A stretch of 63,106 nt of DNA from Octopus bimaculoides (GCF_001194135.2 NC_068994.1:46273043-46336148), one strand, 5' to 3'. Positions 1-12,711 are shown, counted from the first letter of the stretch. Notes: generated by a model not told the origin, from the sequence alone. Made by a program: numbers and translations.

Positions 1-441
1 GCAGCATCTACTACAAGGATCTTGTGTTAAATAAAACTTGGAAACGAAATTTATTTGATGCAAACTATGTAAATACTCGTTGAACATGTATGTATGTATG
101 TATGTATGTATCAAGGATGTGTCGGCTGGGTAGGTAAGGTAGACAGTGCTTACCATGAATAAAATAGATCGATAGTAACAGTTTCCTTTTATGGCAAAAT
201 ATGCACCTAATTCAATAAAATTATGAAGGTTACTCTGATTACTATGCATAAAATACAAATTTTTTTTTTTTTTTGTAGATTAGGTAGGCATAATTCGCCC
301 CTGCCTTTCAATCTCAGTATTAAAGCTACACACAGTACTGCTGTACTACATGTGCTGCGTACATTCCTACAAAAACTTTTTATTTACGCGCTATAAAGGC
401 AGAAGTAAATCTGCCTCCAACTCAGTCGCACGCCTGTTTCG

Positions 442-478
<37 letters not shown>

Positions 479-569
479 ACTACATAAACGTCACCAACTG
501 CCTACCCTGAGTAATTATTAACGGCACGTGCCTGGTATGTATGTATGTATGTGTGTATGTATGTATGTA

Positions 570-1452
570 CAGCGTGTTCGGGCTAAATTTGATGGTCTTT
601 TATGTGCTTTTTTTCAGCTTGATGTATTGGTGAACAGTCAACGGCGATGGAGAGCATAAAGATTAAATTTGAAATAAGGAGAAAGTTAGCTGACATGGAA
701 GACTGACAGCCATCTGAATATTGAAGAAGTGGTTCCTTTGTCTTGATGACTTGCGCTGGACACCAGAACGCCAACATCATGACTGCTACTCAATGTTCTG
801 TGAACATTGTAAAGGCTGTGAGACGTAACATGGACACTTATAACGAAGACTACTAAGCCGTGACCATCAGGAAAAGAACACAACAGGCGTTATGACTGCG
901 TGCACACGCCGGAGTTCATCCCCATATCTTTGAACAGGGTCTTCGGCTCAATTCAAATGGCCATGCGAAGCTGCTGGAAACTAGTTAAACCCTGGCTGGA
1001 GAGGATTGCTGTTAGAAGGCCACATGTGTAAAAGCAGGATTTGGTTCCTTGTCATACCTCCTGAAAGAGTCAGAAGTGGTTGCCGGAGAATTCCTACGAC
1101 TTCACCAGCCCCAAATTCTGGCTTCCTATTTTCCTCCGATTGCAATCCCTTGGATTACTATGCGTGGAGCGCGGTTGGGAAAGACATTAACCGCTCTGCC
1201 TACAACACCAAGGCCGAGCTAGTCGCCTAGATCAAGGTGTTCGAAGATCTTCCAAGGGACACAGTGAGGAACGCATGCAACTGGTTTCGAAGCCGTGTTA
1301 AAACCGTGATGGAAGTTGAGGGCGGCTACGTTGGGTAAACAGTTATCTCCCAGCCATAATCTAGTTGAAAGTTACTGGCTTTTATTTTTGTACGAAGTGT
1401 TGTATTTTCTTTTCCTTTTATGCAAACTGTCAAATTAAACCCGAACACCCTG
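570..1452 (+). mobile_element. Internally deleted Tc1/mariner DNA transposon remnant (maT/DD37D-like)
   Basis: Imperfect TIRs cagcgtgttcgggctaaatttgatgg (570-) and revcomp of ctgtcaaattaaacccgaacaccctg (-1452); TA on the left within (TATG)n. Broken transposase motifs: HIFEQGLRLN..KPWLER..(Q)QD..PCHTS and S.DCNPLDYYAWS (equivalent to SPDLNPLDYYVW). Confidence 0.8.
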
Positions 1453-1489
1453 AATGAACTGTACATACATGTAAGTGTGTATGTATGTA

Positions 1490-1935
1490 GGCATGCATGC
1501 ATAAATTAATGTATGATTTTTCTTTGAGCTTTATTTAAGTTCTTCTTGAGAGTTCAAACCGGTCACTAACAAAGCAACAAGACTTTTCTAGTTAAGAGAG
1601 TTCTCAGCGTTTGTGAATATGTGGTTGAGTTGGTGTGTTGGCTGAACTGTCGATGCATACACCTAATTATGTGGATCTATTCACGTAAGAATCTCAGATG
1701 GAGAATTTTGGGAATGTCTTACAAATCATCATTGTGCCACTAATAGATTGGATTTTGAGAATCCGTGTCAGTTTCTTTCGCTCTTTTTCCATGAAACCCA
1801 GTATTTCTAGGTTTTTTTTTTGTGCAAATTGGTTGGTACATGACCTAATGCACCTATAATGATAGGTACACATGAGAATTCATTGTTAGGGTACAAGAAC
1901 TGTAAGTTCCGCATTAGTTCGTCATAAATGTTGTT
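1490..1935 (-). mobile_element. 3' fragment of an RLE-type non-LTR retrotransposon (R4/NeSL-like), frameshifted
   Basis: Minus-strand translation NIYDELMRNLQFLYPNNEFSCVPIIIGALGHVP / NLEILGF...LKIQSISGTMMICKTFPKFSI* matches the C-terminus of RLE ORFs (VPIIIGALG motif); flanked by (CATA)n-like repeats. Confidence 0.7.
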
Positions 1936-2239
1936 TTGTATGTATGTATGTATGTATGTATGTATGTATGTATGTATGTATGTATGTATGTATGTTGGCA
2001 CTGACATGGCACAGTCTAACAAAATTTGTATGTCGAAAAAATATCTTGTGATATTTAGTTCCTGATACGTCTCTTTCCGCCAGGGTGAACATAATTTTAT
2101 TTTTATGAGAGCACTGAAATAATATTCCAGAGAATGTGTTGGCGGCAATGTAATCGACGAATATCCTGGAAGGTGATGCCTCAGCATAGCATCAATCCAA
2201 TGACTGGAACGAGAAATAATTTTAAAAAAAAAAAAAATC

Positions 2240-2280
2240 TATGTATGTATGTGTGTATGTATGTATGTATGTACATACGT

Positions 2281-2362
<82 letters not shown>

Positions 2363-2372
2363 GCATACATAC
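2240..2372. repeat. Compound microsatellite (TATG)n-(CAGA)n-(TAGA)n; representative of dozens of di-, tri- and tetranucleotide arrays across the window
   Basis: Directly visible. Most ORFs in the supplied track are translations of such arrays or of N gaps. Confidence 0.95.
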
Positions 2373-2819
2373 ATATATGGTAACATTTCTAATTTTAGTA
2401 GTAATGGATGGAGTCGAGTATTCTGTCACTAAGTCCGACTTATTTTGTAGCAGTTGATTAACCTACGTTTGCAGTGAAAGTGCATGTTTCACTTGTGATC
2501 CTTATGCGTGGTGTATGGCTATCATAAAATATGAGGGGAAAGTTTTATATAAATTGTTTTGATAATTTATTGAGCTGAAGACAATAAAAACTTCTTCATT
2601 TGAATAGCAGGAGATTTCCTCAACTATTATTTAGTAAATCACTGATGAGTCTGCGCCCTCAAAAATGTCACCTATTCACGGGTTGTTTAAAAGTTATTTG
2701 TATACATAACTCATATCTAGGAATGAGGAAAAAACTTTACTGGCCGCAATTTGGTTTATAAGCGAATCATGGCTGGCAAAATTCCTTGGAAATTTTTGTC
2801 CTTAAAAAGAGTTGGTTGT

Positions 2820-3075
2820 GGAGGTGCGTGACTTAGTGGTTAGGGTGTTAGACTCATGATCGTAAAATTGTGGTTTCGATTCCTGGACCGGGTGACGCAT
2901 TGTGTACTTGAGCAAAACTTTTCACTTCACGTTGCTCCAGTCCACTCAGCTGGAAAAAGTGAGTAACCATGTGGCGAATAGGTATCCCATCCAGGTGGGG
3001 AATTTATACACCTTGGAAACAGGGAAACAGGCCCTTATGAGTCAGTATGACTCGAGAAGGTAACTTTAGTTCACC
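2820..3075 (+). mobile_element. tRNA-derived SINE, family C
   Basis: tRNA-like head with A box (tgacttagtgg) and B-box-like ggtttcgattcc, followed by the cttgagcaa...ttcacgttgctccagtccactcagctg body that recurs at 5368, 5601, 28548 and 55815. Confidence 0.75.
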
Positions 3076-3221
3076 TTCACTTCGTTGGTATAACAACTGA
3101 ACTAAGTGCTGAGTAAAATTATGCAAACTGTAAATATAAATGAAAATTTAACGGAACATAAACACACACACATACAGTGACCGATGGTCACTTTGTTTAC
3201 AATATATCGTTGGCAGAAGCA

Positions 3222-3329
3222 GATCTTAGCTATCACTTCGGCAGAATTTGAACTCAGAACGTGGAGACGGATGAAATGCTGCTAAGCACTCTGCCCGGCG
3301 TATTCCCGATTTTGTTAGCCCGCCGCCTT
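3222..3329 (-). mobile_element. SINE family B, 5' fragment
   Basis: Revcomp of the aggcggcgagctggcag...gttctgagttcaaattc head. Confidence 0.65.
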
Positions 3330-3610
3330 AGGCCAGGCCAGTCTAATACTGACCATCTCTTCCTATTGGTTGATAAGAAGCAAAGTTACAGAAGCATCAT
3401 TGACAGTTCAAAACCAATAAGATCTTGGAGAGGATGGCCTTCCTGCAAGGAAACCTGGTATGGCGCAGCAAAATCTGAAGGGAAACTCATGATGCAGTGC
3501 AGCAAAATTTAAAAGGTAAGTAGGGGATGGATTGGTCTCACCTTAGCGAAACCAACGTTGTACAGTGCACGTCCGGCCGTAACACGGAAGGCAGAAGAGA
3601 TGGAAGAGAG

Positions 3611-4181
3611 GACTCCGTCGGTTACAACAACGAGGGCCCCAACTGATTCGATCAACAGAACAGCCTACTCGTGAAATTCACGTGCAAGCGACTGGGTTCT
3701 CCACAGACAGGCTTACCATTAATGTAGTTCATAGAGAAACTCAGCGTGACAAAGGCGGTGAGCTGGCAGAAACGTTAGCACTCCGGGTGAAATGCTCAGC
3801 GGTATTTCGTCTGTCTTTACGTTCTGAGTTCAAATTCCGCCGAGGTCGACTTTGCCTTTCATCCTTTCGGAGTCGATAAATTAAGTACCAGTTACGCACT
3901 GGGGTCGATCTAATCGACTTAATCCCTTTGTCTGTCCTTGATTGTCCCCTCTATGCTTAGCCCCTTGTGGGCAGTAAAGAAATAAGAAACTCAGCGTGAC
4001 ACAGAATGTGACAAGGTTGGCCCTTTTGAATTACAGGTACAAATAATATTTGCCAGCTGAGTGGAGAGAAGCAACGTGAAAGAAAGTGTCTTGTTCAAGG
4101 ACGCAACACACCGCTAGGAATCGAACTCACGACCTTTTCGACCGTCAGCCGAACACCCTAACCACTAAGCCACGTGCCTTC
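3611..4181 (-). mobile_element. SINE with family-C head/body and family-D tail, interrupted by a family-B SINE
   Basis: Head at 4181 (revcomp gaaggcacgtggcttagtggttagggtgttcgg), C-type body, and D-type tail ending gttgtaaccgacggagtc at 3611; split at 3752-3984. Confidence 0.7.
3752..3984 (+). mobile_element. Full-length SINE family B with 17-bp TSD
   Basis: tRNA-like head (gagttcaaattcc B box), CORE-like middle (cctttcatcctttcgg..gataaattaagtacc), tail ...cccttgtgggcagtaaagaaat; TSD agaaactcagcgtgaca at 3735-3751 and 3985-4001. Confidence 0.9.
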
Positions 4182-4206
4182 GCCATACCTACATATGTTA
4201 GGAATT

Positions 4207-4254
<48 letters not shown>

Positions 4255-4385
4255 GTGTAATGAATGTGTGACAGGGAGTGGGGGGAGGGGGTTTAGCGAG
4301 GAAGCTAATAAACAACGATGCAGTCAGCCGGTCCGATAAGAAAACAATAATATACAGGTGCACTTTTGTGTGTCGAAAATGCAAT

Positions 4386-4446
<61 letters not shown>

Positions 4447-4940
4447 TCTGCGATATCTGTAGAGTGTTGTAATCAGCACTAGTACCAGTTGCTATTTCGG
4501 TAAGGAACACACACACACACACACATACACACACATACACACACACACACGAACACACATAAACACACACACACACACACACACAGACGAACACACTGCT
4601 TTGAACAACAACAATACCATCGCGCCAACAACACAGCTTCTACCAAGTCGTTTGGCATTCAAGAAATAGCGACCAAATCTCCCTCAAATCGCGCCCTATT
4701 GCATTAATTAGAAGAAGTAAAAAAAAAAAACGGATATATAAATTGAAGTGATCCTATATGCATTGTATCAATAAAACAAAAATAAACAAGTTGGTCATGG
4801 CTAGAACACCTCTGATTATAGATTTACTGAACCAGTGCTAATATGGAACTAAAGAACAACACCAACTACTCCCAAAAAATGGCAGTCAAATCCCCCTCAA
4901 ATAACATCCCACTGTCTTAGTTTTTAAAAATGTGCATATA

Positions 4941-5345
4941 GGCGCAGGAGTGGCTGTGTGGTAAGTAGCTTGCTTACCAACCACATGGTTCCGGGTTCAG
5001 TCCCACTGCGTGACACCTTGGGCAAGTATCTTCTACTATAGCCTCGGGTCGACCAAAGCCTTGTGAGTAGATTTGGTAGACGGAAACTGAAAGAAGCCCG
5101 TCGTATATATGCATGTGTGTGTGTGTGTGTGTGTGTGTGCGTTTGTCCCCTCCCCAACATCGCTTGACAACCGATGCTAGTGTGTTTACGTCCCCCGTAA
5201 CATAGCGGTTCGGCAAAAAGAGACCGATAGAATAAGTACTAGGCTTACAAAGAATAAGTCCTGGGGACGATTTGCTCGACTAAAGGCGGCGCTCCAGCAT
5301 GGCCGCAGTCAAATGACTGAAACAAGTAAAAGTGTAAAAGAGTAT
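4941..5345 (+). mobile_element. Full-length SINE family A with internal (TG)n
   Basis: ggcgcaggagtggctgtgtggtaag...ccgggttcagtccc head, internal microsatellite, (gagtaaaa)-type tail; near-identical copies at 37155, 50958 and 56228. Confidence 0.9.
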
Positions 5346-5367
5346 ATGTAGAAGATTGTGTGTGAAA

Positions 5368-5907
5368 GGGCTTGGTTCAATGGTTAGAACGTCAGGCTCA
5401 CAATCATGAGGTAGTGAGTTCGATTCCTGGGCCACGCTGTGTGTTGTGTTCTAGAACAAGACATTATTTCACGTTGCTCCAATTCTCTCAGCTGTAGAAA
5501 TGATTTGCGATGTCTTTGGTGCCAAGTAGTACCGGCCTTTGCCTTTCTCTTAGATAGCATCAGTGGTTATCTCCATAATGGGACTGTTCATTTTTAGAAT
5601 GGGGCTCACAATCATGAGGTTATGAGTTCGATTCCCGGACCGGGCTTCGAGTTGTGTTCTCGAGCAAGACACTTTATTTCACGTTGCTCCAGTTCACTCA
5701 GCTGTAGAAATGAGTTGCAACATTACAGCTGTATCAACTGTGCTAAGCTGTATCAACCTTTGCCTTTCCCCTGGATAACATCAGTGGCATGGGGAGGAGA
5801 GGCTGGTATGCATGGGTGACTGCTGGTCTTCCATAAACAACCTTGCCCAGACGTGCCTCGGAGGCAAACTTTCTAAATGCACTTTCATGGTCATTCATGA
5901 CTGAAGG
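5368..5907 (+). mobile_element. Two tandem family-C SINEs (about 5368-5575 and 5601-5907)
   Basis: Both contain ggctcacaatcatgagg..gagttcgattcc and gcaagacac/ttatttcacgttgctcc..tcagctgtagaaatga. Confidence 0.75.
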
Positions 5908-5908
5908 T

Positions 5909-6253
5909 GGAGGCGCAATGGCCCAGTGGTTAGGGCTGCGGACTCGCGGTCGTAGGATCGTGGTTTCGATTCCCAGACCGGGCGTTGTGAGTGTTTATTG
6001 AGCGAAAACACCTAAAGCTCCACGAGGCTCCGGCAGGGGATGGTGGCGAACCCTGCTGTACTCTTTCACCACAACTTTCTCTCACTCTTTCTTCCTGTTT
6101 CTGTTGTGCTTGTAATTCAAAGGGCCAGCCTTGTCACTCTTTGTCACACTGAATCTCCCCCGAGAACTACGTTAAGGGTACACGTGTCTGTGGAGTGCTC
6201 AGCCACTTGCACGTTAATTTCACGCGACGTCGTAAGCGACGGAGTGCCAACAA
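5909..6253 (+). mobile_element. SINE family D with 12-bp TSD, inserted in the tail of a family-C SINE
   Basis: Head ggaggcgcaatggcccagtggttaggg...ggtttcgattccc; tail gtcgtaagcgacggagtgccaacaa; TSD catgactgaagg at 5896-5907 and 6254-6265. Confidence 0.85.
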
Positions 6254-7340
6254 CATGACTGAAGGCTTTACTCTTTATAAAATCCTAGTTATGTGATCCT
6301 AGTTATATTTTATAAAAACCTCCCCTCAAACACCGTTTCAATTCCGACAATCGTTTAGTAAAAACTGTTCATTTAAACACAAAAATACGAAAACATAATA
6401 AACGCTGACATTGTAAAACTAAACTTAAATTCGCCAACACCGTTAAAGAGTACACAAACAACAGCGACGATAGCGTTACTTATTAGCAGTGAATTGTTGC
6501 TTATCAAAACCTGGGAGCGTGAGCCAACGGGAAAACGCGCCATTACGTGGATACGTGGAATGCTAAAAATAGCAGCCACCTCACCCTCAGATCATAAGCT
6601 ATGATAGTGTTGTTGTTGGCAGCGAATTGCTTATTCATTTTAGAGCCGTGGAAACACAAACCTACGAGGGAGTGCACCATACCATTGTACTGTCGCTTGA
6701 AATGCTAAAAATAGTAGTTAAATTTCCATGAGATCACATCTTATCGTTTAAATGTGGGAAGTACTCATAGGATAATGTGTTCTGAAATAGAAAAAAAAAA
6801 GGCTGGGATGGTCATAAGTAGAGCGTCTTTAATTATAGGTCTGATATGAGGCTAAATAGCAAGAATAAAAGCAAAATATCGAAACATTGCAACTTCCCGA
6901 ATGGTGTACCACAAGGATCTATATACTCACCCACACTTTTAAAACTTTACTAATACAACCTACCCAAATTTCCACAAACGAATACAATCAGACTGTCGCT
7001 ACGCTGGGGCACTGCCTTGAATTTTTAGCCGAATAGATCGACCCCAGTACCTCTTTGTAAGCTGGGTACTTATTCTGTCGCTCTCTTTTGCCGAATCGCT
7101 AAGTTGCGGGGATGCAAACACATCAATAGCTTATAGCAGAGACTCCAGCAAATAAGATTTGAAGAAGGAATTCTAATTCCGAAATATCATCGGACTATAG
7201 TTTATCAAGTTACAACAGGTATATAGTCCATTTTTTGTTCTATAGTGCATTGTTATACCTTCCTAAACTTTTTACTCTTTACAAACAATACACAATGCTT
7301 CAAGCGAACTACAATACTCTCATATATATATATATATATA

Positions 7341-7504
7341 CACGACGGGCTTCTTTCAGTTTCCGTCTACAAAATCCAATCGCAAGGCTTTGGTCGGCTT
7401 GAGGTTTAGTAGAAGACACTTGCCCATGGTGCTATGCAGAGGGACCGAACCCGGAACAAGATGGTTGGAAGGCAAGCTTCTTACCACGCTGCCACTCCTG
7501 CGCC

Positions 7505-7505
<1 letters not shown>
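7341..7505 (-). mobile_element. SINE family A, 5' half
   Basis: Revcomp of the head through ...gaaactgaaagaagcccgtcg. Confidence 0.85.
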
Positions 7506-7548
<43 letters not shown>

Positions 7549-7812
7549 GTTATTTGCATCGTATATAGTGAGATCTGCAACGAATATTTGCATATTTATT
7601 CTTAATAGGTCTTGGCAGGTTCATACGCAAAATATGCTCGTCACTGGTAGCGTACGTCAGAAGAGAACAATTTTTCTCACTCGGCTCACTGGCGCACGCA
7701 CAGGATTCTGGGACACTGGTTTCTTTCGACATACGTATGTATGTATGTATGTGTGTATGTGTGTATTAAAGGTGCGAAATTGTAAGGATCTTTTGCACGT
7801 TGACTCTCTTTC

Positions 7813-8088
7813 TCTTTTACTCTTTTACTTGTTTCAGTCATTTGACTGTGGCCATGCTGGAGCACCACCTTTAGTCGAGCAAATCGACCTCAGGACTTAT
7901 TCATTGTAAGCCTAGTACTTATTCTATCGGTCTCTTTTGCCGAACCGCTAAGTTACGGGGACGTAAACACACCAGCATCTGTTGTCAAGCGATGTTGGTG
8001 GGACAAACACAGACACACGAACATATACACACACATACATATATATACATATATACGACAGGCTTCTTTCAGTTTCCGTCTACCAAAT
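7813..8088 (-). mobile_element. SINE family A, 3' portion running into a gap
   Basis: cttttactcttttacttgtttcagtcatttgactg... is the revcomp of the family-A tail. Confidence 0.85.
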
Positions 8089-8670
8089 NNNNNNNNNNNN
8101 NNNNNNNNNNNNNNNNNNNNNNNNNNNNNNNNNNNNNNNNNNNNNNNNNNNNNNNNNNNNNNNNNNNNNNNNNNNNNNNNNNNNNNNNNNNNNNNNNNNN
8201 NNNNNNNNNNNNNNNNNNNNNNNNNNNNNNNNNNNNNNNNNNNNNNNNNNNNNNNNNNNNNNNNNNNNNNNNNNNNNNNNNNNNNNNNNNNNNNNNNNNN
8301 NNNNNNNNNNNNNNNNNNNNNNNNNNNNNNNNNNNNNNNNNNNNNNNNNNNNNNNNNNNNNNNNNNNNNNNNNNNNNNNNNNNNNNNNNNNNNNNNNNNN
8401 NNNNNNNNNNNNNNNNNNNNNNNNNNNNNNNNNNNNNNNNNNNNNNNNNNNNNNNNNNNNNNNNNNNNNNNNNNNNNNNNNNNNNNNNNNNNNNNNNNNN
8501 NNNNNNNNNNNNNNNNNNNNNNNNNNNNNNNNNNNNNNNNNNNNNNNNNNNNNNNNNNNNNNNNNNNNNNNNNNNNNNNNNNNNNNNNNNNNNNNNNNNN
8601 NNNNNNNNNNNGTGTGTGTGTGTGTGTGTGTGTGTGCATGTATATATGTATATAAAATGTGCATACATAT

Positions 8671-8910
8671 GGCACTACGTCGGTTACGACGGCAAGTTGA
8701 TCCGATCAATGGAACAGCTTGGTTCGGGAAATAACGAGCAAGTGAATGGGCACTCCACGGACTCACGTACTTTTAATGTAGTTGTCAGGGAGATTTGGCG
8801 TAACCCACAGAATGTGACAAGGTTGGCCCTTTGAAATACAGGTACAACTCATTTTTACCACCTGAGTGAACTGGAGGAACGTTAAATGAAGTCTTGCTCA
8901 AGGACACAAC
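8671..8910 (-). mobile_element. SINE with C-type body and D-type tail, diverged
   Basis: Same architecture as 3611-4181. Confidence 0.6.
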
Positions 8911-9084
8911 GCACATACACACAAACGCAAATGCACAGAACACAAACACACAATATCTTTCAGTGCGTGACAGAAAATAAGTTTAACTTTTCTGGCATGA
9001 GATATTTCCGATAAATTTCGATATGTCAGCGTTCTGTATGTGTATGTGCATATACACGAGTGTGCGCGCGCACGTGTGTGCCGT

Positions 9085-9907
9085 TACGAACACCAAAAGC
9101 AATGATACTTCATCACTGGCAATACCAAAAAGACTAGAGCCATCACGACACACTAACCATACCATCACTACCATTGTACCATACCACCACGACTACCACT
9201 ACTAAATACACTAGTTTCTTGCTGTTATCTACTACCTTGGTACACTACTAAACTATTTACGATGACCACCAGTACCAATACCAAAAAAGACCACCACCAC
9301 TAACAACAACACTACAGTAACATACCACTACTGGTACTAACGTCAGTTATACTAGTACGTCATTGTTACTATGCCATCACGACTAAACCACTCCCACCAC
9401 TACTACGAACACCAAAAAGACTCCAGGAAACCATCATTGCTACCAACAACACCAACACTAATATCAACACCTATACCACCATCACAGTACCTGATTGCCG
9501 CCACCACACCCAACACCAAGTCCACCAGCAATACAGCTAAACTAACACCACCACCACTACTACTACGACTACCACCACCACTTTACCTAACTACCACCAC
9601 TGCTACATACACCATGTAAACCAGAACCACACTAAAGTTATGCCATACGGCTGAACTACCTCCACCACTACCACCGCTACTACCAACACCAAAAAGGCAC
9701 CAGCAAACCACCTCCACCACCACCACTACTACCTCCACCACTACTACCTCCATCACTACTACCAATACTGACACCACCATTATCAACACCATGTAGACCA
9801 GTACCATACTATTGCCATACCATCACGACCAAGCTACCCCCACCTACATTACGAACCCCCAAAAGGACACTAGCAAACTAGTACCGCTACCAAAAACCAC
9901 TACCAAC
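9085..9907. repeat. Degenerate (ACC/ACT)-rich repeat with recurring longer blocks
   Basis: Blocks such as ccatcacgac..tacgaac(a/c)cc..aaa.gac.c.ag.aaac recur near 9085, 9374 and 9820. Confidence 0.6.
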
Positions 9908-10561
9908 NNNNNNNNNNNNNNNNNNNNNNNNNNNNNNNNNNNNNNNNNNNNNNNNNNNNNNNNNNNNNNNNNNNNNNNNNNNNNNNNNNNNNNNNNNNNN
10001 NNNNNNNNNNNNNNNNNNNNNNNNNNNNNNNNNNNNNNNNNNNNNNNNNNNNNNNNNNNNNNNNNNNNNNNNNNNNNNNNNNNNNNNNNNNNNNNNNNNN
10101 NNNNNNNNNNNNNNNNNNNNNNNNNNNNNNNNNNNNNNNNNNNNNNNNNNNNNNNNNNNNNNNNNNNNNNNNNNNNNNNNNNNNNNNNNNNNNNNNNNNN
10201 NNNNNNNNNNNNNNNNNNNNNNNNNNNNNNNNNNNNNNNNNNNNNNNNNNNNNNNNNNNNNNNNNNNNNNNNNNNNNNNNNNNNNNNNNNNNNNNNNNNN
10301 NNNNNNNNNNNNNNNNNNNNNNNNNNNNNNNNNNNNNNNNNNNNNNNNNNNNNNNNNNNNNNNNNNNNNNNNNGTGTTTGTCTGTTTGTCTGTTTGTCTG
10401 TCCGTGTGTGTTTGTGTGCTTGTCTGTTTGTCTGTGTTTGTGTGTGTATATGTGCTTGTTTGTTTGTCTGTATGTGTGTGTGTGTGTGTGTGTGCTTGTC
10501 TGTCTGTGTGTTTGTGTGTCTGTCTGTCTGTCTGTCTGTGTGTGTGTGAGAGAGTGCGTGC

Positions 10562-10592
<31 letters not shown>

Positions 10593-11181
10593 TGCGGTTA
10601 TGATATATCTATAAATATGCGTGTATATGTGTGCTGAATATAACGTTAAATGTGTATATGTATGTATGTCTGGGGAGGGCGTATTTGAATATGTGTGCAT
10701 GTATTTGAAAGTGTGTGTGTGTGTGTGTGTGTGTTCTTATATGTGTGTATACGTAGCGTCGGACAAAATGCTTAGCAGTATTTCATCTGCCTTCACGTTC
10801 TAAGTTCAAATTCTGTTTTCAGAGTGGATGAAATGAGTAACAGTATGTATGTATGTATGTATGTATGTATGTATGCATGTATGTATATGTATGTATGTGT
10901 ATGCATGTATGTATGTATGTATATATGTATGTATGTGTGTATATGTATGTGCATGTATGTATGTATGTATGGTTGGTTGGTTGGATAGATAGATGGATGG
11001 ATTGAAAAGCGGTTTCAATTACGTCTTTACTGCAATGTTTTTATCCATTCAATTGTCACTAACTTACCCCACACACCCCACACCCCCACCCTCACTCCTC
11101 CCCAACGTCCCTCCAAAATATCACGACCCACCACCATCACCACTTTGAGAAGCACCGAGCTAGATTGTCGAGTACGATACT

Positions 11182-11223
11182 GCGTGTGCAAATGAATACG
11201 TGTTTAGGGTTAGGGTTAGGGTT
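11182..11223 (+). repeat. Short interstitial (TTAGGG)3 preceded by a conserved 22-nt spacer
   Basis: gcgtgtgcaaatgaatacgtgt followed by (ttaggg)3; the same spacer occurs at 13899-13920. Confidence 0.8.
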
Positions 11224-12256
11224 CTTCTAATTGTTGTGATGATGATAGGTGACAGTGATAGTGATGATGGTGGTGGTGGTGGTGGTGGTGNNNNNNNNNN
11301 NNNNNNNNNNNNNNNNNNNNNNNNNNNNNNNNNNNNNNNNNNNNNNNNNNNNNNNNNNNNNNNNNNNNNNNNNNNNNNNNNNNNNNNNNNNNNNNNNNNN
11401 NNNNNNNNNNNNNNNNNNNNNNNNNNNNNNNNNNNNNNNNNNNNNNNNNNNNNNNNNNNNNNNNNNNNNNNNNNNNNNNNNNNNNNNNNNNNNNNNNNNN
11501 NNNNNNNNNNNNNNNNNNNNNNNNNNNNNNNNNNNNNNNNNNNNNNNNNNNNNNNNNNNNNNNNNNNNNNNNNNNNNNNNNNNNNNNNNNNNNNNNNNNN
11601 NNNNNNNNNNNNNNNNNNNNNNNNNNNNNNNNNNNNNNNNNNNNNNNNNNNNNNNNNNNNNNNNNNNNNNNNNNNNNNNNNNNNNNNNNNNNNNNNNNNN
11701 NNNNNNNNNNNNNNNNNNNNNNNNNNNNNNNNNNNNNNNNNNNNNNNNNNNNNNNNNNNNNNNNNNNNNNNNNNNNNNNNNNNNNNNNNNNNNNNNNNNN
11801 NNNNNNNNNNNNNNNNNNNACCATCACCACTTTGAGAAGCACCGAGCTAGATTGTCGAGTACGATACTGCGTGTGCAAATGAATACGTGTTTAGGGTTAG
11901 GGTTAGGGTTCTTCTAATTGTTGTGATGATGATAGGTGACAGTGATAGTGATGATGGTGGTGGTGGTGGTGGTGGTGGTGGTGGTGCCGGTGGTGTTGGT
12001 AGTGGTGCTGGTGGTGGCGGCATTGGTGGTGGTGGTAGTGGTAATGCGATGCTATTGCTGCTGCTGCCGCTGCTGTTGCTGCTGCTGTTGTTACTGTTTG
12101 CAAGCGTTACTGCAGTTGCTGGTGGCTAGTGATGATGGTTTCCGAGGACATTGCTCTCTTTATTACAACCACCATTACGACGTCCATTCGTCTTAAATAA
12201 ACAAGTTACACCAAACCTACCAAATCACCGCCACCACCACTACCACCACTACTACA

Positions 12257-12314
<58 letters not shown>

Positions 12315-12627
12315 AATGATATCAAAATTACAAAACCATGATTCTGCACAGAACAAAAATATCTTTTGTTGAACCACTCCTCAACGGAGATTTTTCTTCC
12401 TTCTATATTCGTTACCGAATCTCATGAAGTTACTTGACAAAAATGATGAGGCAAGAAGGAAAAAATACTGAAGGAAGACAAGATAAACTTGTCCAGTGCG
12501 CAACGTCTATTTCATTAATGGATATTCTAATGTAATGAAGGTCCCCGATCGAATTTTCACTCATTCGAACGGACGGAAATGACATTAAATACTGTTTAAA
12601 TATCATCTTAATAGCAATAAAGATATC

Positions 12628-12681
<54 letters not shown>

Positions 12682-12711
12682 CCTTTCTACTATAGACACA
12701 AGGCCTATAGT

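Noticed and set aside
2820-2900. tRNA-like sequences at SINE heads
   Set aside because: No full cloverleaf, and they continue into SINE bodies; not called as tRNA genes.
3361-3520. Exon-like segment ending AAG|GTAAGT
   Set aside because: All three frames hit a stop before the donor; more likely repeat-derived or non-coding.
11135-11975. Identical ~155-bp sequence on both sides of an N gap (11135-11290 and 11820-11975)
   Set aside because: Typical unmerged contig overlap; treated as an assembly artefact, so 11869-11909 is not counted as an independent telomeric cassette.
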